Virus record (IMG/VR): IMGVR_UViG_3300044477_000128
Span: 1 to 32,842 of that record
Source: a virus
Taxonomy: Duplodnaviria > Caudoviricetes
DNA length: 32,842 nucleotides
Reading direction: 5' to 3' (one strand)
The notes under the pieces: generated by a model
The model's database searches: none
Seen by the model: only the letters and a program-made list of their open reading frames with translations
Told to the model about the DNA's origin: nothing
Shown here: one piece after another, positions 15,512 through 24,329 of the stretch
How the letters are laid out: each line of letters opens with the position of its first letter
How positions within the stretch are numbered: the stretch's first letter is position 1
Position numbers and translations under genes: made by a program

Positions 15512-16780
15512 TTAGCCGATGAAGTTGGTAACGTTACTCTTGAGACGCAACACGCCAGGGCGAGCCCCTCCGTTGCGCTTTCGGTAGACGTGGCCTACGT
15601 AGTAAAGATGCATCGCACCAAGCTCAGTGTCTTCAAGGATGTCCTCGTCGGTCTTGAGCCCCAACGCGTCCTCGTTGTACCAGAACCCGCCGGCTCCAGG
15701 CATCCAGATTTGTGATTCACAGCAGAGGATCGGCCGCGCTCGGTAGAACTCGCCGTCAACCAGATCGTTCCCAGTTCCGCTTGTGAAGGTGACGCTTACG
15801 CCGGACTTTCCGTTGTTACCAACGAGCGAATCGGTCGCTGTGTCCTCGAGAGAAGTCGCGGCGCCTGATGCTGCAGTCGTAATCGCAGCGCTCCACGTGT
15901 TGCCACCATCAGTCGAGAACCGAATCGTAGCCGTACCGCACTCTCCGGTGCTAAGCGTCTCGATAACGAGTTCCCAAGCTCCTAGCTTCGTGTCATCGGT
16001 AACCGCGATCGTGTACGTCGCCGAACCTGTCGCAGCGGTTGAACCAGCAGCGGTCGTAAACGGACCGGTCATTGTACCCATCGTCGAACCGGTAAGTGGC
16101 ATCTTGTCGCTCACAATAAGCGGCACGCCAACTACGCGACCGGCCATCATGTCCGAGCGCGGATCGGCTAAGTACTGCCGACCTTGCGCGTCGGTCTGGA
16201 TGGACAGATCGGCAGCTACCAGCGAGTGACAGGCGAGACCAACAACACCAGGCGACTCATCACCCATCTTGATCGCCATTGACGTCAAGATCTTCTGCCA
16301 AGTGAGGTACGAAGGATTCGTTGAGTTGAAGACGCTGTATACGAGCGGCGAGTTCTTCGCTGCTGTAATCATCGCTGAGTCCATTGCCCGCGTAGCCGAC
16401 TTGGCCGCCTCATCAGCGAGCACTTGAACCGGGTCGTCGATTCCTGCGGAAGCCGCAACGCCCTTGGCCCACGTCGACGTTTCAAACGCGATCGACTTGC
16501 GCGCAACCGTCGCGTCCTCATAGGACATTGCGACCTTTTGCGGCGTAGGTGACTGCGATTCGGTTCGGTCTTCGAACTCGCCGAGTCCACCCCAGTAAGG
16601 CATGCGAACGGTTTTACCGATCGCGTTTCGCCCTCGTTCGGGCATTGTGCCGGCGAATTTGATAGCGCCGGCCGAAACTAGAACGGAGCCGATTAGCCCG
16701 TTCTTCCCCTTCATCGCCGCGCGCGTCGCGTCGGTTACGATCTCGGGAGCAAATAGATCACTAGTGGAAGTAACAGCCAT
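15512..16780 (-). CDS. Major capsid protein (HK97 fold) with ~120-aa insertion
   Basis: 'SDLFAPEI', 'GKTVRMPYW', 'GRVVGVPLIVSDKMP', 'KTDEDIL...HLYY'; follows protease/scaffold; GAGGT RBS and A/C-rich leader. Confidence 0.92.
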   Translation of the reverse strand: MAVTSTSDLFAPEIVTDATRAAMKGKNGLIGSVLVSAGAIKFAGTMPERGRNAIGKTVRMPYWGGLGEFEDRTESQSPTPQKVAMSYEDATVARKSIAFETSTWAKGVAASAGIDDPVQVLADEAAKSATRAMDSAMITAAKNSPLVYSVFNSTNPSYLTWQKILTSMAIKMGDESPGVVGLACHSLVAADLSIQTDAQGRQYLADPRSDMMAGRVVGVPLIVSDKMPLTGSTMGTMTGPFTTAAGSTAATGSATYTIAVTDDTKLGAWELVIETLSTGECGTATIRFSTDGGNTWSAAITTAASGAATSLEDTATDSLVGNNGKSGVSVTFTSGTGNDLVDGEFYRARPILCCESQIWMPGAGGFWYNEDALGLKTDEDILEDTELGAMHLYYVGHVYRKRNGGARPGVLRLKSNVTNFIG

Positions 16781-16832
16781 CTTGGACTTACCTCGTTAAA
16801 ATTCCGATTGTGTGTTGTGGTTTGGCCGCTAC

Positions 16833-18095
16833 TTAGAGCAGGCCCTTTCTCTGGGCTTCTGCCCGTAAAGTCTTGAACAGTTCCGGATTGTCACGTCGGC
16901 AATCGGCGCGTTCTTTGTTTGACATCTTGTCGTACGACTTGCCGGCATAACCGGAGCCGCCGTCTTCCGGAGGCTTATTCGCGCTCGCCCGAAGCACAAC
17001 CGGCGCGTTAACAACCCATCCCTCTAGGTACTCAAGGGTTGAGCCTTCAGCCCAAGCCTTTTGCGCGGGGACAAGCTTGCCAGCGTGCGGGTTGCTCGGG
17101 TCTGCTTTTTCACCAGCTGGAACGCTCGCCTTGGCGATCAGATCGGCTTTCTTGGCTGCGATAGCTTGCGCCTTTTCCGCTTCGCGCTCCGCCACTAGAC
17201 CGTCGTATTGTTCGCCTTTTTCGCGTAGCGCCTTGACGGTGCCGAGCGCCTCATCGAGCGACTTTGCGCCGATTGCCTCGAGAAGCTTGCCGTTTGAGTC
17301 CTTCGCCGCACGAAGTCCGTTGATTGATGCGGTTGCCTCTGCGTCGGAAACGCCGTCAGCGAGGCAGAGCGCCGCGAGAATTACTGCTAATTGTGCCATA
17401 TTTTTGGGGTTCTCCGTCTCCGCCGTCGCGCTTGGCTCCGGGGTTTCAGTTGGTTGGTAAAGCGCTGCCGCTGCCGCTTGCATAACGCGACTCATTGCGT
17501 GGTTTCTTGAGCGCATAAGCTGTGACCTTGCGTCGTTTGCGCTGAGCGCCTTCTCTTTTTTCTTTGACTCTAGAATGTTGTCAGCAAAGCCAAGATTCTT
17601 GGCTTCTTCCGCGTTCATGTAACGGTCTTCGTCCATGAGCTTCTGTACGTCTTCTTTCGACATTCCAGAGCGCTTTGCATAGACACTCGCGAACATATCG
17701 GCCATCATTTGCAGCTCTTTAGCCGCCTTCTCGTGGTCGATGTAATCGCCGATCGTTAGGTTCCACGGGTTGTGGATCAGGAATAGCGATGTCTCGTGAA
17801 GCGTTACCTTGTCGCCAGCCATCGCAATTAGTGATCCACATGAAGCTGCTTGCGCCCCAACCGTGACCTCAACGCGCGCCGGATGGTCCACGAGCATCTG
17901 GTAGATCTGTGAACCCTCAACGACGTATCCACCTGGAGAGTTCAGCGCAATACGGATGGTCTTCGCGTCTGGATTGTCACGCAAAACCTTACCGACAGCC
18001 TTGGACGTGATTGCGGTATCCGACCAACCATCGCCAACTACTCCGGACATCTCAAGATCGAGCGTGTCGCCCTGTTTTGCTGCTTTAATTGCCAT
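16833..18095 (-). CDS. ClpP-family prohead protease fused to scaffold domain
   Basis: ClpP motifs 'LNSPGG', 'AASCGSLIAMAG', 'FLIHNPW', 'YMNAEEAKNLGFAD'; C-terminal coiled coil with Mu gpI/Z-like 'GKLVPAQKAWA'. Confidence 0.93.
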   Translation of the reverse strand: MAIKAAKQGDTLDLEMSGVVGDGWSDTAITSKAVGKVLRDNPDAKTIRIALNSPGGYVVEGSQIYQMLVDHPARVEVTVGAQAASCGSLIAMAGDKVTLHETSLFLIHNPWNLTIGDYIDHEKAAKELQMMADMFASVYAKRSGMSKEDVQKLMDEDRYMNAEEAKNLGFADNILESKKKEKALSANDARSQLMRSRNHAMSRVMQAAAAALYQPTETPEPSATAETENPKNMAQLAVILAALCLADGVSDAEATASINGLRAAKDSNGKLLEAIGAKSLDEALGTVKALREKGEQYDGLVAEREAEKAQAIAAKKADLIAKASVPAGEKADPSNPHAGKLVPAQKAWAEGSTLEYLEGWVVNAPVVLRASANKPPEDGGSGYAGKSYDKMSNKERADCRRDNPELFKTLRAEAQRKGLL

Positions 18096-18156
18096 GAAAA
18101 CACGTCCGCCCCGCTGCCCATCTAGGGGCGCAGGGTGATAAAATTTCCGTATCTAC

Positions 18157-18441
18157 TTAGTAGACCGAGCCTGGCGCTAAGACAGGCCGCGGTTCGCTAT
18201 TCGGATAGTTAACGCTTGGACCGCTCACAACTTCGAATTCAAAACGCAAAAAGCAGTCGAGAAGGTGCGGCACATTGACATCGAGCGCTTCAAAGTCCGG
18301 CGAAGCCCCATAGCGTGAGCTGACGTTTCCGGACTTGGCGTTTGCGATAATGTCTCGAACCAGCTTCGAAAACTCCGAATCACCAACGACAGAACCGCCC
18401 AAGGCGACCTCCGTTCCGTCGTTGAGAATCCAGTTTTCCAT
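18157..18441 (-). CDS. Small acidic hypothetical protein, candidate immunity/partner of the MuF peptidase
   Basis: 94 aa, starts 17 nt after the MuF stop, interrupting the usual MuF-protease adjacency; function inferred from position. Confidence 0.6.
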   Translation of the reverse strand: MENWILNDGTEVALGGSVVGDSEFSKLVRDIIANAKSGNVSSRYGASPDFEALDVNVPHLLDCFLRFEFEVVSGPSVNYPNSEPRPVLAPGSVY

Positions 18442-18458
18442 TCGTCTAACTCTAGCAC

Positions 18459-20015
18459 CTACGCTCCGAGGAGCACGCCTATCGCAAAGTACAGCGATTC
18501 CGGGTCTTTATCTAGAATATGCTGTGTGCATCCGTCCGCCATGTCACCGAAAAGTTGAGAGATAATCTCCGAAGAATTTACCGAGTTGTACGACTTTCCC
18601 ATGTATGGGTGCCAATACTCATCTTCAATCGTTACTTCGTTGCCGTAAGCAGGATTACCTGTGATCTCTGAAAGCTTACGAGGAGACTGGCCCGCTTCGC
18701 GAACCTTGCGGAACGCTGCTATCTTCGCGCCAACTTTGCCGTGCATCTCGATGCCGTGCGCCAGCTCATGGACGGCAGTTCCGACACCTCTTCCGGCGGC
18801 TAAGGCAATCTCTCCGCGAACGTCGTCGAAGTAAGACCGGTTCCCAAGTTCGCCCTTTGATTGTCTCCATTTCAGGAGAGGAATCTCGAGTTTTTCAGAA
18901 GATAACGACGCATACCACGAAGCGGCCGCATCGAAGCTTTTTTCAACCTCAGGAGCTACGCTTACGGCGCCTGGACGACTTCGGCCTGCAAGCTTTGAAA
19001 GCTGTGCAAGTAGTTTTCCGGCTTCAACCGCAGGTTTCGCGTATTCTGGAATTGGCTCAGGGCGCTTTTTGCGTGTCGCTTTTGCCAGGAATTGCTCAGC
19101 GCTATACGGTATGCCGTGAACGCGCTTCTTGAGTAGACCATCGAGCAATTCAAGAGCCTCCGCGTCGGACATCTCCTTCGCGCGCTCATGAACCATGCGC
19201 CCGTAACCGACTTGTTCAGCCGCTTCGCCGTACTTTTCTCGATAGCGAGAAACCCAATGCTCTGGCGTTAGCTTCGGGTTTTGCTTTATCTTGACCGGCT
19301 TGCGATTGCGATAATCCTTGCCGCCCTTGACCATGCACTCGACAACGAGCTCCGGGTCGGGTTGCGTGTCTCTCTGGCTTGGTTTTGGCGGCTCGGCAAC
19401 TCTCGGGTCGATACCCCATCCGTCTTGAATCTCAATGTCAGGAAGTTCGGTTGTGATGCCTTTTTTCTCAGCAACCGAACGACGAAGCGAGCGCTTACCG
19501 GTTCGGCAGCGATGATGAAAGGGTGGGCTAAGGCGCAGCCAGCGCGGGTCGTCCGCCGGAAGAATAACTGGCGGCTCGATGAACTTTACGCAAATATCAG
19601 AAGTGCGGGCATCATCCACGACATCCAACATCCAAAACGGCCTAACCGCAACAATGTGCGGCTCTGACATTTGGTCTAAGCGACCGGCGTTGTAAGCGCT
19701 TGACGTGGCGTTTCGAAAGATAGTTTGAATACGAAACGAGTCTTTGCGACCCCATGCATTCTCGATCTTCTGACGCTGCTCTTTCTTCCAGTCTTCGAAC
19801 GGCGTACCTTTACGCATCGCCTCGACGATGCTCTCGTGAACATCATTCACGACGTCCATCTGGGCAACGCCAGAGATCCACCAGGCCCGCTTTCTCGCGT
19901 ACGCCTCGAGTTTATCAGCCTCTTCTCGAGTTACAACTCTTCGCGCCGCAAACTCTTCGACGGCCTCAGCAAACTCTACCGGGTCCGAAGTCATGTCCAT
20001 GTCAATGGTCGACAT
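18459..20015 (-). CDS. MuF (SPP1 gp7-like) head morphogenesis protein with C-terminal zincin metallopeptidase
   Basis: MuF motifs 'IFRNATSSAYNAGR', 'DDARTSDIC', 'PPFHHRCRT'; HELAH at aa 416-420 (18756-18770) and downstream 'SEIIS' (E483). Confidence 0.9.
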   Translation of the reverse strand: MSTIDMDMTSDPVEFAEAVEEFAARRVVTREEADKLEAYARKRAWWISGVAQMDVVNDVHESIVEAMRKGTPFEDWKKEQRQKIENAWGRKDSFRIQTIFRNATSSAYNAGRLDQMSEPHIVAVRPFWMLDVVDDARTSDICVKFIEPPVILPADDPRWLRLSPPFHHRCRTGKRSLRRSVAEKKGITTELPDIEIQDGWGIDPRVAEPPKPSQRDTQPDPELVVECMVKGGKDYRNRKPVKIKQNPKLTPEHWVSRYREKYGEAAEQVGYGRMVHERAKEMSDAEALELLDGLLKKRVHGIPYSAEQFLAKATRKKRPEPIPEYAKPAVEAGKLLAQLSKLAGRSRPGAVSVAPEVEKSFDAAASWYASLSSEKLEIPLLKWRQSKGELGNRSYFDDVRGEIALAAGRGVGTAVHELAHGIEMHGKVGAKIAAFRKVREAGQSPRKLSEITGNPAYGNEVTIEDEYWHPYMGKSYNSVNSSEIISQLFGDMADGCTQHILDKDPESLYFAIGVLLGA

Positions 20016-20017
20016 GG

Positions 20018-21634
20018 TTATTCCTCGGTCGATAGTTCTTGCTCTACCGTTTCACGTCCGGCCATTTGTGCCATAATCAGCGCGCCCTCGGTGATCTTCA
20101 TCAGCTTCGAAGGCGGTAGCTCTTCTTTGTAAATGACCCTCAGCTTGTCTTGCAGGTCTGTAAATCCGGTACTCTCTTCGACGGCTGCGATCGTTGCGGC
20201 GACCAATGGAGAAAACGCCTTAGCCGCATGCTCGCAGCATGAGGATTCAAGCTCGTCTACGTATGCTCTACCACGCGAAAAAGCCGTCTCGGTTTTGCCC
20301 ATCGCGAGCATTCCGGATGCTTTTTTCGTGGGCTTCGGAGCGGTTTGACCTGGAATAGCCGGAGGTTCCGGAGCGACAGGAACAAGCGTATCTTCGTCGT
20401 TCTCGGCTTCTACCAGACCCCATTTGCTGGCAATAGCTTTGCGCGAAAGATTGAAACCGGCTTTTTGCCAATTGAGCGCAGCGGTCGACGCCTGAACTTG
20501 AGTTTCAGCGAGCGCCTTTAGATCTTCCGGCGGCGTCGTATCCCACTCGGCGTACGGAACAACGGCATTTGCTCCGAAATTGTACGAAACCCAGCTAGAT
20601 CCGACCGTGTCATGTGCACCGGTTGAAATTCCGGCAAGCATCCCGCGAAACGTCGTCGTGTCGACGTCAGCGTGAACCGTTGCGGCGGCACGGCTTCCTT
20701 CCTTAACCTCGGTGGTTAGGTTGGTACCAACGATGCTAATCGAAATAGCCGCATTGGCTGCGTCAGTTTGGGCCTTGAACGTCGTCCAGGTGTTCGCTGT
20801 ATCAAGGAGCAGATTCGCCTTGATCCCGTCGGGAAGCGCGACAACTTTGCCGCGTCCACCGTCCCAGATCATCTTGACCAGGTTGTCGCGTGCCTTGTCG
20901 TCGTAGAGAATTTCTTCGTTCTCGTTGTAGAGAACCACCGTACCTTGACCGTGGCGCTCGGACGAAGCCGCCCAGTCCACGCAAGCGTAGGCCTTGAGTA
21001 GCCACATCGGGGCAATTCCAGCCCAAGACGCCGACGCGACAACGCGCCACGAAGAGCCGTTGCAAAGCAACGCCCACTCGCCGCTTTCGAGGTCGAGCGG
21101 AACCTCTTCGTTTGACCACCCGCCACGCGAAACACGGACGAGCCATCCGCGCTCTGGATCATTTCGAATGTTACGAAGTGACCAGACTGAAATCTTCGGG
21201 ATAACTCGACCTGAACTGGTGTCGATATCCCAACCGTCAACATGCAGCAAGCACAGCGAGCAAAGACCCAGCCACGCGACAATTTCGCGCATGGTGCCCT
21301 CGGGGAATATCTTCCACCAGTCTTCGTTTAGCGCGACACAAACCGGGTCTTTTTCGCATTCCTCGGACTTTTTACCAGGTAGCGAAAACGCTAACGGAAG
21401 AGTCGTTGCCGAATAGAGCCGAGTGAGCGCTTGCTTTACGCGGTCGTCGGACATCATTCGCTCACACAGAGCGCCCATAAGCGAGAAATTGCCAACGTCA
21501 GCAAGCTGAATCGCGCGCGAAATCGTATCTGGGCTCCAACGAACAACGGACGAGGTCCTAGGCTGTGCCGCAGTTGAAGCGGAGCCCTTTCCCTTGCGCG
21601 TTTTGCTTAGCGATTTCGCTGGTAACTCAGTCAT
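20018..21634 (-). CDS. Portal protein (Mu gp29/DUF935-like)
   Basis: 'AISISIVGTNLTTEVKEGSRAAATVH' and C-terminal 'DLQDKLRVIY...ALIMAQMAGR'; follows terminase. Confidence 0.9.
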   Translation of the reverse strand: MTELPAKSLSKTRKGKGSASTAAQPRTSSVVRWSPDTISRAIQLADVGNFSLMGALCERMMSDDRVKQALTRLYSATTLPLAFSLPGKKSEECEKDPVCVALNEDWWKIFPEGTMREIVAWLGLCSLCLLHVDGWDIDTSSGRVIPKISVWSLRNIRNDPERGWLVRVSRGGWSNEEVPLDLESGEWALLCNGSSWRVVASASWAGIAPMWLLKAYACVDWAASSERHGQGTVVLYNENEEILYDDKARDNLVKMIWDGGRGKVVALPDGIKANLLLDTANTWTTFKAQTDAANAAISISIVGTNLTTEVKEGSRAAATVHADVDTTTFRGMLAGISTGAHDTVGSSWVSYNFGANAVVPYAEWDTTPPEDLKALAETQVQASTAALNWQKAGFNLSRKAIASKWGLVEAENDEDTLVPVAPEPPAIPGQTAPKPTKKASGMLAMGKTETAFSRGRAYVDELESSCCEHAAKAFSPLVAATIAAVEESTGFTDLQDKLRVIYKEELPPSKLMKITEGALIMAQMAGRETVEQELSTEE

Positions 21635-23160
21635 TACGTTCGGTATTTCGCCAACATCGTGAACGCTCCGCTTGTGGCGTCCGCGTCGTCGTCGTGCTGC
21701 TTTTCTTGACCATCAAAATCTTCTAGACACGTGAAGTAGTCATCGTTCCAGGCTCCTTTGCAGACCCGCACGTTTCCATGCTCGGCCTGACTCGAGAAAG
21801 GCCCGAATCGCGCTAGCTTTGAGCCGGTCTCGGCGAGTTTCGCGACTCGATAACCAGCTAAGTTTTGGATCGTGTGAAGCGCTTGCGCCTTGCCGGCTTG
21901 TCCCGGGTCTTTAGCGACAACGTTCAGCGATTCTGCGCTATGGTTGTCATGGTCAAACTTGGCACACTCGAGGATCTTTTCCTCGACTTTGCCTGGCGAC
22001 CATTGGCCTTTTACCCTGTCAACAACCCAGTAATTCGAGCCGTGCCGAGCCATCAAAAGCCCGACGGTAAAGTCAGGATCGTTGTCTTCGGTTTTCTCGG
22101 TCCCTGCGCGGTCCCAAAACCTTACGTAGATTGCGCCGGCTGGAATGTCAGAGCGGTCAACGACCTGAACCCAATTACGCTTGAAGAACAACCCAGCAAC
22201 AGGCTTTGCTAGCCAGTTTCCGCCGAGTAATTGTTCTCGACGAAGCGGGTCTAAGCTCTTGAGCTGCTCAAGATACGCCGGGTCATTGTTGAAAAGGTCG
22301 ACGTTATCGGTGAGTTTTGCCGGTATAAACGTTCGCGAAAGAGTCCGAACGCCTTTTCCGGTCTGGTCTTCTCGGTGGTAGACCTCTCGAGTGGTTGAGC
22401 CTTCGGAGCGTTGCTCGATCCACCATATTTCCCCGGGCTTTGCCGGTGGAGAAACAGGTTTTCCGTTTGAGCCAATCTCGCGAGCGTTAAGTGGCGGAAG
22501 CCCTTCGGCTTCAAACTCCGGATTTAGCCACGCTCCCCAATGCTTGAAAACCCAATCATGACCTTCGCCACCCGGGTTAGTCGTTGCCCTTATGAGGGTC
22601 GGAAGCTTTGGATCTGACGAGCGAACGCGGGCGCAAATGTACTTGTACTGGCGCTCGGTGAAGTGCGTAAGCTCTTCGAACTCGAGAAGGTTGATTTCCC
22701 AGCCATCGAACTGAGAATAACTCTTCGCTAGCTGGCAGTGCCCGTAGAGGACAGTTCCGCCGCCTTCGACGTGGTAAGCGGTTCGTCCGCCCCACTTCTT
22801 CGGGGCCGACGGGCGAACGCCAATCGCTTTGGGGTAGAGCTCTTCGGCTTTCGAAAGCAGGTCAGGAAGCTGCGTTGAGTCTCGGCGCAGAATGAGCGCC
22901 AGAAACCCGGGCAGGTGCATCCACCGAACGGGAAGGGCGGTTGCCGCTGCGGACTTGCCGCCGCCAGCCGCGCCTCCGTAAAGAACCTCCCGACAGTCGG
23001 TCTCAACAAATTGTCGTTGCGGCTCCGAGTTGGGGGACCAGAGACCTTCGAGTGAGAAAGGTTCAACTTCCGGCGCTTCTGATTGGGACGACGTTGGAGC
23101 CGGCAGAAACCTGTCCAGGCGCCGCTCCATTGCCGCCAGCCTGTCCACGAATTCGAGCAT
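21634..23160 (-). CDS. terL: Terminase large subunit
   Basis: Walker A 'YGGAAGGGKS', Walker B 'LLEFEELTHF', 'ATTNPGG', nuclease 'WDRAGT' and 'HDDDADA'. Confidence 0.97.
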   Translation of the reverse strand: MLEFVDRLAAMERRLDRFLPAPTSSQSEAPEVEPFSLEGLWSPNSEPQRQFVETDCREVLYGGAAGGGKSAAATALPVRWMHLPGFLALILRRDSTQLPDLLSKAEELYPKAIGVRPSAPKKWGGRTAYHVEGGGTVLYGHCQLAKSYSQFDGWEINLLEFEELTHFTERQYKYICARVRSSDPKLPTLIRATTNPGGEGHDWVFKHWGAWLNPEFEAEGLPPLNAREIGSNGKPVSPPAKPGEIWWIEQRSEGSTTREVYHREDQTGKGVRTLSRTFIPAKLTDNVDLFNNDPAYLEQLKSLDPLRREQLLGGNWLAKPVAGLFFKRNWVQVVDRSDIPAGAIYVRFWDRAGTEKTEDNDPDFTVGLLMARHGSNYWVVDRVKGQWSPGKVEEKILECAKFDHDNHSAESLNVVAKDPGQAGKAQALHTIQNLAGYRVAKLAETGSKLARFGPFSSQAEHGNVRVCKGAWNDDYFTCLEDFDGQEKQHDDDADATSGAFTMLAKYRT

Positions 23161-23524
23161 CGATCATCTTGTAAGTACCGTCGACCTCGGAAACGATTTT
23201 GACGGCACCGGCTACGGCATGAATGGCCTCAGGGTCAGATGGCTCAGCTGATTCGCCGGCTCTCCGAAGGAAGTCGAGGCCTGACGCAAGGGCTCCGCGT
23301 ATCTCAGTGACAAGGCCACTATCATCAATCGCCTGCTTTTTTTGCGCGACACTTGCCGTCAGTTCGGCGTCAGTTCCCTTGCGGAAGTCCTGGTGCCACC
23401 TCTGTAAAGTGCGCGGACTTATTGAGTATTTCTTGCACGTGGCAGCGTCACCTAAACTGACGCACTCGAGTATCGCCTTGGCCTTGTCTTTCTTCGACCA
23501 ATGCCGTTCGCCTTTTTTCGCCAC
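23063..23524 (-). CDS. terS: Terminase small subunit (HTH)
   Basis: N-terminal HTH 'ATCKKYSISPRTLQRW'; directly upstream of and overlapping terL. Confidence 0.75.
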   Translation of the reverse strand: MAKKGERHWSKKDKAKAILECVSLGDAATCKKYSISPRTLQRWHQDFRKGTDAELTASVAQKKQAIDDSGLVTEIRGALASGLDFLRRAGESAEPSDPEAIHAVAGAVKIVSEVDGTYKMIDARIRGQAGGNGAAPGQVSAGSNVVPIRSAGS

Positions 23525-23525
23525 G

Positions 23526-23738
23526 TCAAAACCTCAGGCGCATCCGCACCACAACCCTCGTCTCCTGGCATCCCATACCGCCGTCTCCGCACTGCCTACC
23601 AGTGTCGATAACGTGGGTGATTTCGCCTTCGACCGAGGCCGCAAGCTTCCCCGATTCTGGAAACGGCCTGACCCGCTTACATCGTAGGCAGGTCACCGCA
23701 TCGTCAATTCCGCATTCGAACTCGGTCTCTTCTGTCAC
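23526..23738 (-). CDS. Small Cys-rich (Zn-ribbon-like) hypothetical protein
   Basis: CLRC...C-x6-C; stop lies 1 nt before the terS start. Confidence 0.55.
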   Translation of the reverse strand: MTEETEFECGIDDAVTCLRCKRVRPFPESGKLAASVEGEITHVIDTGRQCGDGGMGCQETRVVVRMRLRF

Positions 23739-23747
23739 AGTCGGACG

Positions 23748-23942
23748 CTAGCAGCGTTCTCCGTTGTCGGCCCGTTCGCGTTCTAACTTGCGGATTTGCT
23801 TAGCGATTACAGATTCACCGATTGTTGACGCTAGCATTGGCCTGGTGCGGACAATCTCTATCGTCGTCCTTGGCTTTGGTCTTTGCGTCCAGCTCGGGTC
23901 GACCGTAATGATTACGCGTCGCATGGTGAGATTGGCAGGCAT
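23748..23942 (-). CDS. Small basic hypothetical protein
   Basis: Fills the gap in the operon; start uncertain because ATG 23942 lies in a hairpin. Confidence 0.45.
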   Translation of the reverse strand: MPANLTMRRVIITVDPSWTQRPKPRTTIEIVRTRPMLASTIGESVIAKQIRKLERERADNGERC

Positions 23943-23961
23943 AGACCTTGGTTATGCCTGC
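23935..23961. promoter_or_regulatory. Inverted repeat at the early/late boundary
   Basis: GCAGGCATA-N9-TATGCCTGC, perfect 9-bp arms. Confidence 0.45.
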
Positions 23962-24017
23962 TGGTGCCATCATATATCTGCGGCAACCGACCGGCGATAC
24001 CGGAGATTGGCCAATTG

Positions 24018-24329
24018 TTAAGTCGCATTGTTTAGGCTTGTTTTACGCTCCAAACGCGAAATTCTACGTTTTAAGACAACCGTCTCATTTTCGAGCGTTT
24101 CCACTTTTTCCACAAGATAATCAGAGTTGGACGAGTTGGCGCTTCGGATGATCTTCCCAAGCTCGTCGACGTTGACACGCCATCGCCCGCGGTCGGAAGC
24201 GCGAGTCATTATTGACCGGTTCGGGTTCTCTTTTTGCCGATTCGTTAGCAGGTCACGGGCCCATGACTGTTTGAGCCCCATCAACCTTGACGCTACCAGT
24301 AGAGACACCGTTGTTTCATCTTCACTCAC
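24018..24329 (-). CDS. MerR/excisionase-like winged-HTH protein with C-terminal coiled coil
   Basis: 'VSLLVASRLMGLKQSWARDLL...GRWRVNVDEL' plus 'LVEKVETLENETVVLKRRISRLE'; GTGA-coupled. Confidence 0.6.
   Translation of the reverse strand: MSEDETTVSLLVASRLMGLKQSWARDLLTNRQKENPNRSIMTRASDRGRWRVNVDELGKIIRSANSSNSDYLVEKVETLENETVVLKRRISRLERKTSLNNAT

Noticed and set aside
18100-18135. GC-rich inverted repeat (CGCCCC/GGGGCG) upstream of the protease gene
   Set aside because: Only 6-bp arms, a long loop and no adjacent U-tract; too weak to call a terminator
22340-22540. Extra ~65 aa in the TerL ATPase domain considered as an intein or intron
   Set aside because: No C/S...HN splice motifs or endonuclease; the frame is continuous; likely an ordinary loop
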